This document shows positions 1 through 12,800 of a stretch of 64,000 nucleotides of DNA, in pieces. Numbering within the stretch: the stretch's first letter is position 1; each line of letters begins with the position of its first letter. Both the position numbers and the translations under genes were made by a program. The notes beneath the pieces were generated by a model, which was not told the DNA's origin, searched no databases, and saw only the letters and a program-made list of their open reading frames with translations. The DNA comes from Antedon mediterranea (Eukaryota; Animalia; Echinodermata). The stretch lies in contig NC_092673.1 of the NCBI RefSeq assembly GCF_964355755.1, forward strand, positions 20,209,648 to 20,273,647. The letters are read 5' to 3'.

Positions 1-307
1 TACTTTCCTTACAGATACCATCACACGAATGTTATGATATAACATTTTTTGAACGAGATGGGGAGTACTTTTTGGGTCAGTCGAATAAACGAAATGCAAA
101 TGGTGGTACGACTAATCCAACCTTCAACATATACCAATGGGTGTAGTTGATGTAAATTTTAAAAGGTATGGCGCTCGTTGATTTTTAAAACTCGATATTA
201 CGGAAGCTGATTTTGAGAGGCCCTCAACAATACAAGCGACATAAAAACATTACAAGTAAAAATATATTTAAAGGCAAAAATGTAAAAAGGTTAGGAAGAT
301 TTAAAAT

Positions 308-613
308 TTAAAATGTGTCATTGTTAAGCATAACATTCTTTAATTTACTTTTAAAATTTAAAAAAGTATTGCAATTTCTAATTGAAACGTCTAAAGAGTT
401 AAAATATTTAGGTCCTTTATAATTAAAAGAATGTTTAAAAAGTTCACACTGAGGTCTTGGAACAACGAGATCACACCTGGAAAGTTGCCGGGTAGACATT
501 CTACCATTGGCAGTAATTCTGGCAAGCCCACGGTAGATGTTAGTTTGGGCGAGAAAGGCAAGACAGTCCGTTTGATAGTCAGAATCAGTAGGGAGTAAAA
601 ATGGTGTTAACAA
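308..613 (-). pseudogene. 3' fragment of a CR1/L2-group LINE ORF2 (post-RT C-terminus)
   Basis: Translation NGRMSTRQ..DLVVPRPQCELFKHSFNYKGPKYFNSL..IRN..FKSKLK is a typical CR1/L2-group ORF2 tail and is homologous to 45667-46002. Confidence 0.7.
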
Positions 614-1070
614 AGTTGACGGGAATTAGGAGTAGTGTAAGGAAGTTGGAGAATAGTTTGCATAACCAATCCAAACTTCAACAATTACCAATGGGTGTGT
701 ATTTGTAGATCCCGCTCTCCTGTCCTGTGCCTTATTGAACTAAAACGTGCAAAAAACTTATTTATCTTTGAATAAACTAAAAACCGTAAGTACTGTAATT
801 AGAAAAAGTCTGTTGTTTTGTTTTAAAACACTGTAGTGTAAACTCATGCGCCCTATGACTCTGATTTAACCTTTTGGGGAAGCGAGGGAGAGGAAGTACC
901 GCGTACGCGTCAACCAGAAGGAAATGAGCGTGTGCAGAAGGACCGTTAGACTTAATAGCTGCGTCGCATGGCTCGTCGTACAAAACGAATTACGCGGTTA
1001 AAAAAAGTTAGAAACGCTATACGTAGAATGCAAATATTGAGGGGGATTGTTTTTTCCCTGTATATAAACA

Positions 1071-1356
1071 GGTGAGTGAGTGGCCGAGCGGTTAAGACAG
1101 TGGAACCGTAATCACGTAGCCATAACATCGGCAGGGGTTCGAGGCTCACTCACTCCATGGTTCTGGTGGTAGAACGAGTCTTCTCGGATAAGGACTATAA
1201 ACCGTAGGTCCAGCGTACACAACTAGCTCGTGTGCACTTTAAAGAACCTAGTACATCTTTCGAGACGAGTAGGGGGTTACCCCGGTGTATTAGTACATCA
1301 CAGCCACTGATCACTGAAGAGGTCGCCCAGTATAAAAAAATAAATAAACAAACAAA
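1071..1356 (+). mobile_element. tRNA-derived SINE with Deu/Nin-type central domain (DeuSINE-like)
   Basis: A box TGGCCGAGCGG (1081) and B box GGTTCGAGGC (1136). Core CGGATAAGGACTATAAACCGTAGGTCC...TAAAGAACC...GAGTAGGGGGTTACCCCGGTGT resembles the Deu domain as recalled. A-rich/(AAAC)n tail. Absent from the homologous site in repeat copy 2. Confidence 0.8.
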
Positions 1357-4300
1357 CATATCTCACACAAAACCCTAACTAAATGCACACAATATAAGTA
1401 AAATCAGTGGCGGTAATATTACAGGATTTTTAAAATAATTTCATTTTGAACGTAACCTAAGGTATCTTTTGCAGAATCCGCGTATACTGATATAGTGAAA
1501 TTGTTTTAGACGAATGTGCGTTGTAATAAATAGAAGGTTTGTTTCTGACTTTAACCGATATTGTTCAATGTTTGTTTGACACATTTAAATATTACTTGCT
1601 GTAGTAATCTTGTAATCTTTATATATGTATAAATCTATAGAAGTCTTATCAAGGTAAAAAGTGGTCAGAAAATAGACAAAATAGAACTAGATTTAATTCG
1701 TCACTATGACGAATTATAGGTTATATGCATTGATTTAAATAAAGATAATTGATTTTTAAAAGATATATTGATTGATTGATTTTCTCAGAATCTTTAATTT
1801 TTTATAATATATGATAGGACCTTGCTAACGCGAACACCATAGCCGGTATCACAATCCGATCAAAGATCCATATGCGTATAATGTCATAAACCACATTTGC
1901 TGTTACATAATAATAAAGACATACGTTAATTTTTATCTAGATTTCATTATAAATCATGTGTATAATCTATACACTAAGAAATAAATTTGAACAAACAATA
2001 CGAATAATAAAAAAAAAATCTTTTTTCGTTTCCCAAGGTGAGACTTGATCTCGGTACCTTGAATGTCATAGACACGAGCACAGACTACACAACTGACTAA
2101 AAGTTGTAGAAAAATTCCTCCGTGTATATACTATGCAGTAACCACTTTGATGCAAATAGATTATTACATACCGAAATGAATTATAATTTTTTACTATGAT
2201 GACATCTTTAAAATGTATAAAAATGATGCACTGTCAAACTACATACTTTTAACTTTAATATATGAATTTTTGAAGAAAGAAAGTTAATGTTAAGTTTGTT
2301 ATTTTGGCCTAAGAAAATGTCATAATTTGTTTGATTGTCGAAATTATTTTTTTTAAATTTAATATGCAATTAATGATGACTTAATCAACTTTTGTTCTCT
2401 TCATTTGATAATAAATCATACATATGATACATACACTTCAAGAAAATGAAATAAAAAATAGGTGTTCCCCTGCATTCTGACGATATATATTAATTTTAAA
2501 ATTTAGCATATTTTCACCATTTTGTTAACTTATACGTGCGTAGCCAGTCACTTTTGACGTGCTCGTATAACGCAATTTCGAGTTGAAACCTGAATCAAAT
2601 ATGATGATATTATTAAAGAAAGATTGTAAAACAGAAATCGGGCAAAAAGAGTGCGCATTAACGTTTAACGCGCAGTGCGCGTGCAAAAATCTGCGCATTC
2701 ATGGCAATTTTTTAAATGCTTAAAATTGCCTGAAACGTACTCTAATTTCATCGAAAATAAATTTTGACAATTTTGAACATTTTAAGCACGCGTACGCAAG
2801 CGTTTTATGCGCTACGCACGTAATGTTATTGCCATATGATGAAATATGACCTGAAATTTATGAGTACCAAATTTTGTTTTAATTGTGATTCATGCTTGTG
2901 AAGATATGATTACAAACGTGATTTCGTAAAATCGCGCGTAGACCACGTAATTTTTGATTACGCATCGTGAAAATATAACCACATCGATTCCTGGCCATGA
3001 GGAATATACTCTGAAAACTTGACTTAGCTAGATAATGCACGGACAAAATAGTGCTAAGGAAAGAATAAATAAACTAGATTTAATTCGTCACTATGACGAA
3101 TTATAGGTTATATGCATTGATTTTAATAAAGATAATTGATTTTTAAAAGATATTTTGATTCATTGATTTTCTCAGATTCTTTAATTATTTATAATATATG
3201 ATAGGACCTTGCTAACGCGAATACAATAGCCGGTATCACAATCCGATCAAAGATCCCTCTGCGTATAATGTCATAAACCACATTTGCTGTTACATAATAA
3301 TAAAGACATAAGTTATTTTTTATCTAGATTTCATTATAAATCATGTGTATAATATATACACTAAGAAATAAATTTGAACAAACAATACGGATAATAAAAA
3401 AAAAATCTTATTTCGTTTTCCAAGGTGAGACTCGATCTCGGTACCTTGAGTGCCATAGACACGAGCACACACCACCGAGCCATGCACAACTGTCTAAAAA
3501 TTGTAGAAAAATTCCTCCGTGTATTTACTATGCAGTAACCACTTTGGTGCAGATAGATTATTACATACCGCAATGAATTATAATTTTTTACTATGATGAC
3601 ATCTCTAAAAATGTACAAAAATGATGCACTGTCAAAATATACTTTTAACTTTAATATATGAACTTTTGGAGGAAGAAAGTTAATGTTAAGTTTGTTATTT
3701 TGGCCTAAGAAAATGTCATAATTTGTTTGATTGTCGAAATGAATTTTTTTTAATTTAATATGCAATTAATTATGGCTTAATCAACTTTTGTTCCCTTAGT
3801 TTAATAATAAATCATACATAAGATACATACACTTCAAGAAAATGAAATAAAAAATATGTGTTCCCGAGCATTCTGACGATCTATATTAATTTTAAAATTT
3901 AGCATATTTTCACCATTTTGTTAACTTACACGTGCGTAGCCTGTCACTTTTGACGTGCTCGTATAAGGCAATTACGCGTTGAAAAGTGAATAAAATATGA
4001 TGATATTATTAAAGAAAGGTTGTACAACCGAAATCGGACAAAAAGAGTGCGCATTAACGTATAACGCGCAGTGCGCGTGCAAAAATCTGCGCACTCATGG
4101 CAATTTTTTAAACGCTTAAAATTGCCTGAAACGTACTCTAATTTCATCGAAAATAAATTTTGACAATTTTGAACATTTTAAGCGCGCGTACGCAAGCGTT
4201 ATATGCGCTACGCACGTAATTGTATTGCCATATGATGAAATATGACCTGAAATTTATGAGTACCAAATTTTGTTTAATTGTGATTCATGCTTGTGAAGAT

Positions 4301-7296
4301 ATGATTACAAACGTGATTTCGTAAAATCGCGCGTAGACCGCGTAATTTTTGATTACGCATCGTGAAAATATAACCACATCGATTCCTGGCCATAAGGAAT
4401 ATACTCTGAAAAATTTACTTAAATAGATGAAACTGATATCAAGATAATTCACGGACAAAATAGTGCTAAGGAAAGAATAAATAAACTAGATTTAATTCGT
4501 CACTATGACGAATTATAGGTTATATGCATTGATTTAAATAAAGATAATTGATTTTTAAAAGATATATTGATTGATTGATTGATTTTCTCAGAATCTTTAA
4601 TTATTTATAATATATGATAGGACTTTGCTAACGCGAACACCATAGCCGGTATCACAATCCGATCAAAGATCCCTCTGCGTATAATGTCATAAACCGCATT
4701 TGTTGTTACATAATAATAAAGGCATAAAGTAACTTTTTATCTAGATTTCATTATAAATCATGTGTATAATCTATACACTAAGAAATAAATTTGAACAATA
4801 CGGATAATAAAAAAAAAATCTTATTTCGTTTCCCAATGTGAGACTCGAACTCGGTACTTTGAATGCCATGACACGAGCACAGACCATCGAGCCATACACA
4901 ACTGACTAAAAGTTGGAGAAAAATTCCTCCGTGTATTTACTATGCAGTAACCACTTTGGTGCAGATAGATTATTACATACCGCAATGAATTATAATGTTT
5001 TACTATGATGACATCTTTAAAAATTAAAAAAAATGATGCACTGTCAAACTATATACTTTTAACTTTAATATATGAACTTCTTAAGGAAGAAAGTTAACGT
5101 TAAGTTTGTTATTTTGGCCTAAGAAAATGTTATAATTTGTTTGATTGTCGAAATTAATTTTGTTAAATTTAATGTGCCATTAATGATGACTTAATCAACT
5201 TTTGTTCTTCTAATTTCATAACAAATCATACATATGATATATACACTTCAAGAAAATTAAATAAAAAATACGTGTTCCCGAGCATTCTAACGATATATAT
5301 TAATTTTAAAATTTAGCATATTTTCACCATTTTGTTAACTTACACGTGCGTAGCCCGTCACTTTTGACGTGCTCGTATAACGCTGTTTCGCGTTGAAAAG
5401 TGAATAAAATATGATGATATTATTAAAGAAAGGTTATACAACAGTAATCGGACACAAACAGTGCGCATTAACGTTTGACGCGCAGTGCGCGTGCAAAAAT
5501 CTGCGCACTCATGGCAATTTTTTAAACGCTTAAAATTGCCTGAAACGTACTCTAATTTCATCGAAAATAAATTCTGACAATTTTCAACATTTTAAGCGCG
5601 CGTACGCATGCGTTATATGCGCTACGCACGTAATTGTATTGCCATATGATGAAATATGACCTGAAATTTATGAGTACCAAATTTTGTTTAAAAGTGATTC
5701 TTGTTTGTGAAGATATGATTACAAACGTGATTTCGTTAAATCGCGCGTAGACCGCGTAATTTTTGATTGCGCATCGTGAAAACATAACCACATCGATTCC
5801 TGGCCATAAGGAATATACTCTGAAAAATTGACTTAGATAGATGAAACTGATGCCAAGATAATTCACGGACAAATAGTGCTAAGGAAAGAATAAATAAACT
5901 AGATTTAATTCGTCACTATGACGAATTATAGGTTATATGCATTGATTAAAATAAAGATAATTGATTTTTAAAAGATATATTGATTCATTGATTTTCTCAG
6001 ATTCTTTAATTATTTATAATATATGATAGGACCTTGCTAACGCGAACACCATAGCCGGTATCACAATCCGATCAAAGATCCCTCTGCGTATAATGTCATA
6101 AACCGCATTTGTTGTTACATAATAATAAAGACATAAAGTAACTTTTTATCTAGATTTCATTATAAATCATGTGTATAATCTATACATAAATAAATTTGAA
6201 CAATACGGATAATAAAAAAAAAATCTTATTTCGTTTCCCAAGGTGAGACTCGAACTCGGTACCTTGAATGCCATTGACACGAGCACAGACCATCGAGCCA
6301 TACACAACTGACTAAAAGTTGGAGAAAAATTCCTCCGTGTATTTACTATGCAGTAACCACTTTGGTGCAGATAGATTATTACATACCGCAATGAATTATA
6401 ATGTTTTACTATGATGACATCTTTAAAAATTAAAAAAAATGATGCACGGTCAAACTATATACTTTTAACTTTAATATATGAACTTCTTAAGGAAGAAAGT
6501 TAACGTTAAGTTTGTTATTTTGGCCTAAGAAAATGTTATAATTTGTTTGATTGTCGAAATTAATTTTGTTAAATTTAATATGCCATTAATGATGACTTAA
6601 TCAACTTTTGTTCTTCTAATTTCATAATAAATCATACATATGATACATACACTTCAAGAAAATTAAATAAAAAATAGGTGTTCCCGAGCATTCTAACGAT
6701 ATATATTAATTTTAAAATTTAGCATATTTTCACCATTTTGTTAACTTACACGTGCGTAGCCCGTCACTTTTGACGTGCTCGTATAACGCTGTTTCGCGTT
6801 GAAAAGTGAATAAAATATGATGATATTATTAAAGAAAGGTTATACAACAGTAATCGGACACAAACAGTGCGCATTAACGTTTGACGCGCAGTGCGCGTGC
6901 AAAAATCTGCGCACTCATGGACATTTTTTAAACGCTTAAAATTGCCTGAAACGTACTCTAATTTCATCGAAAATAAATTCTGACCATTTTCAACATTTTA
7001 AGCGCGCGTACGCATGCGTTATATGCGCTACGCACGTAATTGTATTGCCATATGATGAAATATGACCTGAAATTTATGAGTACCAAATTTTGTTTAAAAG
7101 TGATTCATGTTTGTGAAGATATGATTACAAACGTGATTTCGTTAAATCGCGCGTAGACCGCGTAATTTCTGATTGCGCATCGTGAAAACATAACCACATC
7201 GATTCCTGGCCATAAGGAATATACTCTGAAAAATTGACTTAGATAGATGAAACTGATGCCAAGATAATTCACGGACAAATAGTGCTAAGGAAAGAA

Positions 7297-7335
<39 letters not shown>

Positions 7336-8385
7336 AGATTTTGACAGAATCAAGAGGTTATATGCATATCATGCATATAACCTAATAAAGATTTTGACAG
7401 AATCAAGAGGTTATATGCATGATAATGCATATAACCTAAAAATGGGGGTAACCTTGCATTCTGATGAACTGTTTCATCTTTAAAAGTAGACATATTTTGG
7501 AACATTTTCACAATTTGTTGACGTTTTTGTGCGCAACCTGTCATGTTTAACGTGCTCGTAGAACGCCATTTCAAGTTGAAAAGTGAATAAAATAACGTAA
7601 AATTGTTAACCGAAGATTTAAAAACACAAATCGTGTAAAAGAAATGCTCATACGTGTTCCCTGCGCCGTGCGCGCGTAAAAATGTGCGCACCAGTGGTAA
7701 TTTTTTAAACGCTTAAAATGACCTGAATCGTGCTCTAATTTAATCAGAAATTGATTTGAAGCATTTTAAAATTTCAAACGCCATTTACGTGCGCACTTTC
7801 TAATGTTACAAATTGCGGTAGCGTTAAAAAAGTTAACTATTGATGTGAAGCAAACGTGGCTGAAAATGACGTTAAAAAATATTAATTTGTTTCGAAGTTA
7901 TAACCAATTTAACATTTTCAGAAAATCACGCGTAACTTACGCTACGCGGCTCTGACATCGTCAAAAAGCTTGGCTGGACAACTTCAGTAAAATGTCTAAA
8001 TGCTGAACAAGTTACAACATATTATGTTTACACGTTGAAGAGAAACAGCGTGCACAAAATAAGAATAGTAAAATATTTCAAACGCAATTTACGCGAAAAC
8101 TTTCTAATCTCCAAAAATTTGTTAAACATTCCAAAAGTTAGCCATTGATGTGAAGAAAACGTGGCTGAAAATTTCGTTAAAAAATATTTATCGGTTTCGA
8201 AGTTATGACCAATTTAAGATTTTCAGAAAATTGCGCGTAACTTACGCTACGCGGATCTGACATTGTCAAAAAGCTTGGCTGAACATCTTCAGTTAAATGT
8301 CTAAATGTTGACCAAGTTACAACATGTTATGTTAACACGTTGAAGAGAAAACGCGTGCACAAAATCTGAGAAAGAAAGAAGAATA

Positions 8386-9792
8386 ACTAGATTTAATTCG
8401 TCACTATGACGAATTATAGGTTATATGCATTGATTTAAATAAAGATAATTGATTTTTAAAAGATATATTGATTGATTGATTTTCTCAGAATCTTTAATTA
8501 TTTATAATATATGATAGGACCTTGCTAACGCGAACACCATAGCCGGTATCACAATCCGATCAAAGATCCATATACGTATAATGTCATAAACCACATTTTG
8601 TTGTTACATAATAATAAAGACATAAGTTAATTTTTATCTAGATTTCATTATAAATCATGTATATAATCTATACACTAAGAAATAAATTTGAACAAACAAT
8701 ACGGATAATAAAAAAAAAATCTTATTTCGTTTCCCAAGGTGAGACTCGAACTCGGTACCTTGAATGCCATTGACACGAGCCCAGACCATCGAGCCATACA
8801 CAACTGACTAAAAGTTGGAGAAAAATTCCTCCGTGTATTTACTATGCAGTAACCACTTTGGTGCAGATAGATTATTACATACCGCAATGAATTATAATGT
8901 TTTACTATGATGACATCTTTAAAAATTTTAAAAAATGATGCACTGTCAAACTATATACTTTTAACTTTAATATATGAACTTCTTAAGGAAGAAAGTTAAC
9001 GTTAAGTTTGTTATTTTGGCCTAAGAAAATGTTATAATTTGTTTGATTGTCGAAATTAATTTTGTTAAATTTGATATGCCATTAATGATGACTTAATCAA
9101 CTTTTGTTCTTCTAATTTCATAATAAATCATACATATGATACATACACTTCAAGAAAATTAAATAAAAAATAGGTGTTCCCGAGCATTCTAACGATATAT
9201 ATTAATTTTAAAATTTAGCATATTTTCACCATTTTGTTAACTTACACGTGCGTAGCCCGTCACTTTTGACGTGCTCGTATAACGCTGTTTCGCGTTGAAA
9301 AGTGAATAAAATATGATGATATTATTAAAGAAAGGTTATACAATAGTAATCGGACACAAACAGTGCGCATTAACGTTTGACGCGCAGTGCGCGTGCAAAA
9401 ATCTGCGCACTCATGGCAATTTTTTAAACGCTTAAAATTGCCTGAAACGTACTCTAATTTCATCGAAAATAAATTCTGACAATTTTCAAAATTTTAAGCG
9501 CGCGTACGCATGCGTTATATGCGCTACGCACGTAATTGTATTGCCATATGATGAAATATGACCTGAAATTTATGAGTACCAAATTTTGTTTAAAAGTGAT
9601 TTATGTTTGTGAAGATATGATTACAAACGTGATTTCGTTAAATCGCGCGTAGACCACGTAATTTTTGATTGCGCATCGTGAAAACATAACCACATCGATT
9701 CCTGGCCATAAGGAATATACTCTTAAAAATTGACTTAGATAGATGAAACTGATGCCAAGATAATTCACGGACAAATAGTGCTAAGGAAAGAA

Positions 9793-9839
<47 letters not shown>

Positions 9840-9889
9840 AGATTTTGACAGAATCAAGAGGTTATATGCATATCATGCATATAACCTAA
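8386..9889 (-). mobile_element. Complete uninterrupted family A element
   Basis: Minus strand reads TTAGGTTATATGCATGATATGCATATAACCT, then (TTTA)n, the body, and ATGCATATAACCTAT-AATTCGTCAtagTGACGAATT-AAATCTAGT. Confidence 0.85.
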
Positions 9890-12800
9890 TAAACTAGATT
9901 TAATTCGTCACTATGACGAATTATAGGTTATATGCATTGATTTAAATAAAGATAATAGATTTTTAAAAGATATATTGATTAATTGATTTTCTCAGAATCT
10001 TTAATTATTTATAATATATGATAGGACCTTGCTAACGCGAACACCATAGCCGGTATCACAATCCGATCAAAGATCCATATGCGTATAATGTCATAAACCA
10101 CATTTGTTGTTACGTAATAATAAAGACATAAGTTAATTTTTATCTAGATTTCATTATAAATCATGTGTATAATCTATACACTAAGAAAAAAATTTGAACA
10201 AACAATACGGATAATTAAAAAAAATCTTATTTCGTTTCCCGAGGTGAGACTCGATCTCGGTACCTTGAATGCCATAGACACGAGCACAGACCACCGAGCC
10301 GTACACAACTGACTAAAAGTTGTAGAAAAATTCCTCCGTGTATTTACTATGCAGTAACCACTTTGATGCAAATAGATTATTACATACCGAAATGAATTAT
10401 AATTTTTTACTATGATGACATCTTTAAAATGTATACAAATAATGCACTGTCAAACTACATACTTTTAACTTTAATATATGAATTTTTGAAGGAAGAAAGT
10501 TAATGTTAAGTTTGTTATTTTGGCCTAAGAAAATGTCATAATTTGTTTGATTGTCGAAATTATTTTTTTTAAATTTAATATGCAATTAATGATGACTTAA
10601 TCAACTTTTGTTCTCTTTATTTGATAATAAATCATACATATGATACATACACTTCAAGAAAATGAAATAAAAAATAGGTGTTCCCCTGCATTCTGACGAT
10701 ATATATTAATTTTTAAATTTAGCATATTTTCACCATTTTGTTAACTTATACGTGCGTAGCCAGTCACTTTTGACGTGCTCGTATAACGCAATTTCGAGTT
10801 GAAACCTGAATCAAATATGATGATATTATTAAAGAAAGATTGTAAAACAGAAATCGGGCAAAAAGAGTGCGCATTAACGTTTAACGCGCAGTGCGCGTGC
10901 AAAAATCTGCGCACTCATGGCAATTTTTTAAACGCTTAAAATTGCCTGAAACGTACTCTAATTTCATCGAAAATAAATTTTGACAATTTTGAACATTTTA
11001 AGCGCGCGTACGCAAGCGTTATATGCGCTACGCACGTAATTTTATTGCCATATGATGAAATATGACCTGAAATTTATGAGTACCAAATTTTGTTTAATTG
11101 TGATTCATGCTTGTGAAGATATGATTACAAACGTGATTTCGTAAAATCGCGCGTAGACCGCGTAATTTTTGATTATGCATCGTGAAAATATAACCACATC
11201 GATTCCTGGCCATGAGAAATATACTCTGAAAACTTGACTTAGCTAGATTAAACTGATGCCAAGATAATGCACGGACAAAATAGTGCTAAGGAAAGAATAA
11301 ATAAATAAATAAATAAATAAATAAAGATTTTGACAGAATCAAGAGGTTATATGCATATCATGCATATAACCTAATAAATAAATAAATAAAGATTTTGACA
11401 GAATCAAGAGGTTATATGCATATCATGCATATAACCTAACTAGATCTGAACTCGTCACTTGAGGACGAGTTTGGTTATCCGCCCGCAACAAAACGTATCT
11501 TGCGCATTCAAGTCCTTTTCAGTTGTGACTTTTCCAAAAAGTAGCCTATTCAAAATTAAAACTGCCCTTTCAGTGTAATAACCAAACAAATCCTTTTATT
11601 TAATTGTTTCTCCGTGATGAGATTTGAACCCGGTACCTCTGATACCAAAGTCGGTTGCACTACACATCAAGCCATATGAGCACCTGCTGAACAAAATCCG
11701 AAGAAAGAGTCCTCGTTCATTCGGTATGTCGTGAATCCCATCGATGCAAGTTGATTATTACATATCAAACTTAAATCATAAATTTTACCAAGATGAAATC
11801 TTCACAAATTTTAAACAGTGACGTATTAGCAAAGTGCATACTTTCAAGTTTTATATATCAACATGTAAAGAAAAAAGATAAACGTTATGTTTATTGTTTT
11901 GCTCTTTGAATATGTTATTGTTTGTTTGATGATAAAAATTTCGAAAATTATATTTAATATGCAAATAATGTAGCCATCAAACACGTTTTAACATTCAACA
12001 CTATAATAAATCAGATCTACGATTCATAGACTGTAATAAAATAAAATAAAAAATGGGGGTAACCTTGCATTCTGATGAACTGTATCACTTTTAAAAGTAG
12101 ACATATTTTGCAACATTTTCACAATTTGTTGACGTTTTCGTGCGCAACCAGTCATGTTTAACGTGCTCGTAGAACGCCATTTCAAGTTGAAAAGTGAATA
12201 AAATAACGTAAAATATTTAACCTAAGTTTGAAAAACACAATTTATGTAAAAGAAAAGCTCATACGCGTTCCCTGCGCTGTGCGCGCGTAAAAATGTGCGC
12301 ACCAGTGGCAATTTTTTAACCCTTAAAATGACCTGAAACGTGCTCTAATTTAATCAGAAATTGATTTGAAGCATTTTAAAATTTCAAACGCCGTTTACGC
12401 ACGCACTTTCTAATGTTACAAAATTCGGGAGGGATAAAAAAGTTAACAATTAATGTAAAGCAAACGTGGCTGAAAATTACGTTAAAAAATATTTATCTGT
12501 TTCAAAGTTATGATCAATTTAAGATTTTCAGAAAATCGCGCTTAACTTACGATACGCGCATCATACAGCGTCCAAAAGCTTGGCTGCACATCTTCAGTTA
12601 AATGTCTATATGTTGACCAAGTTACAACATGTTATGTTCACGCGTTGCAGAGAAACAGCGTGTACAAATTTGGAGCATTTTAAAATTTCAAACGCAATTT
12701 ACGCGCAAACTTTCTAGTCTCCAAAAATGTGCTAAAGATTGAAAAAGTTAGCAATTGATGTGAAGAAAACGTGGCTGCAAGTTACGTTAAAAAATATTTA

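Larger units (their letters stand above)
30..1530. repeat. Unclassified interspersed repeat, copy 1 (inverted relative to copy 2 at ~55400-59470), interrupted by a LINE 3' fragment and a SINE
   Basis: 660-1070 and 1356-1530 are reverse complements of 55400-55700, 55921-55945 and 57414-57710. 30-190 matches 57725-57737, 59131-59180 and 59385-59470 in reverse. Confidence 0.8.

Noticed and set aside
1071-1156. Functional tRNA genes here, at 53810-53883 and inside the array units
   Set aside because: They have A/B boxes but incomplete cloverleaf pairing and are embedded in SINE or TE bodies.
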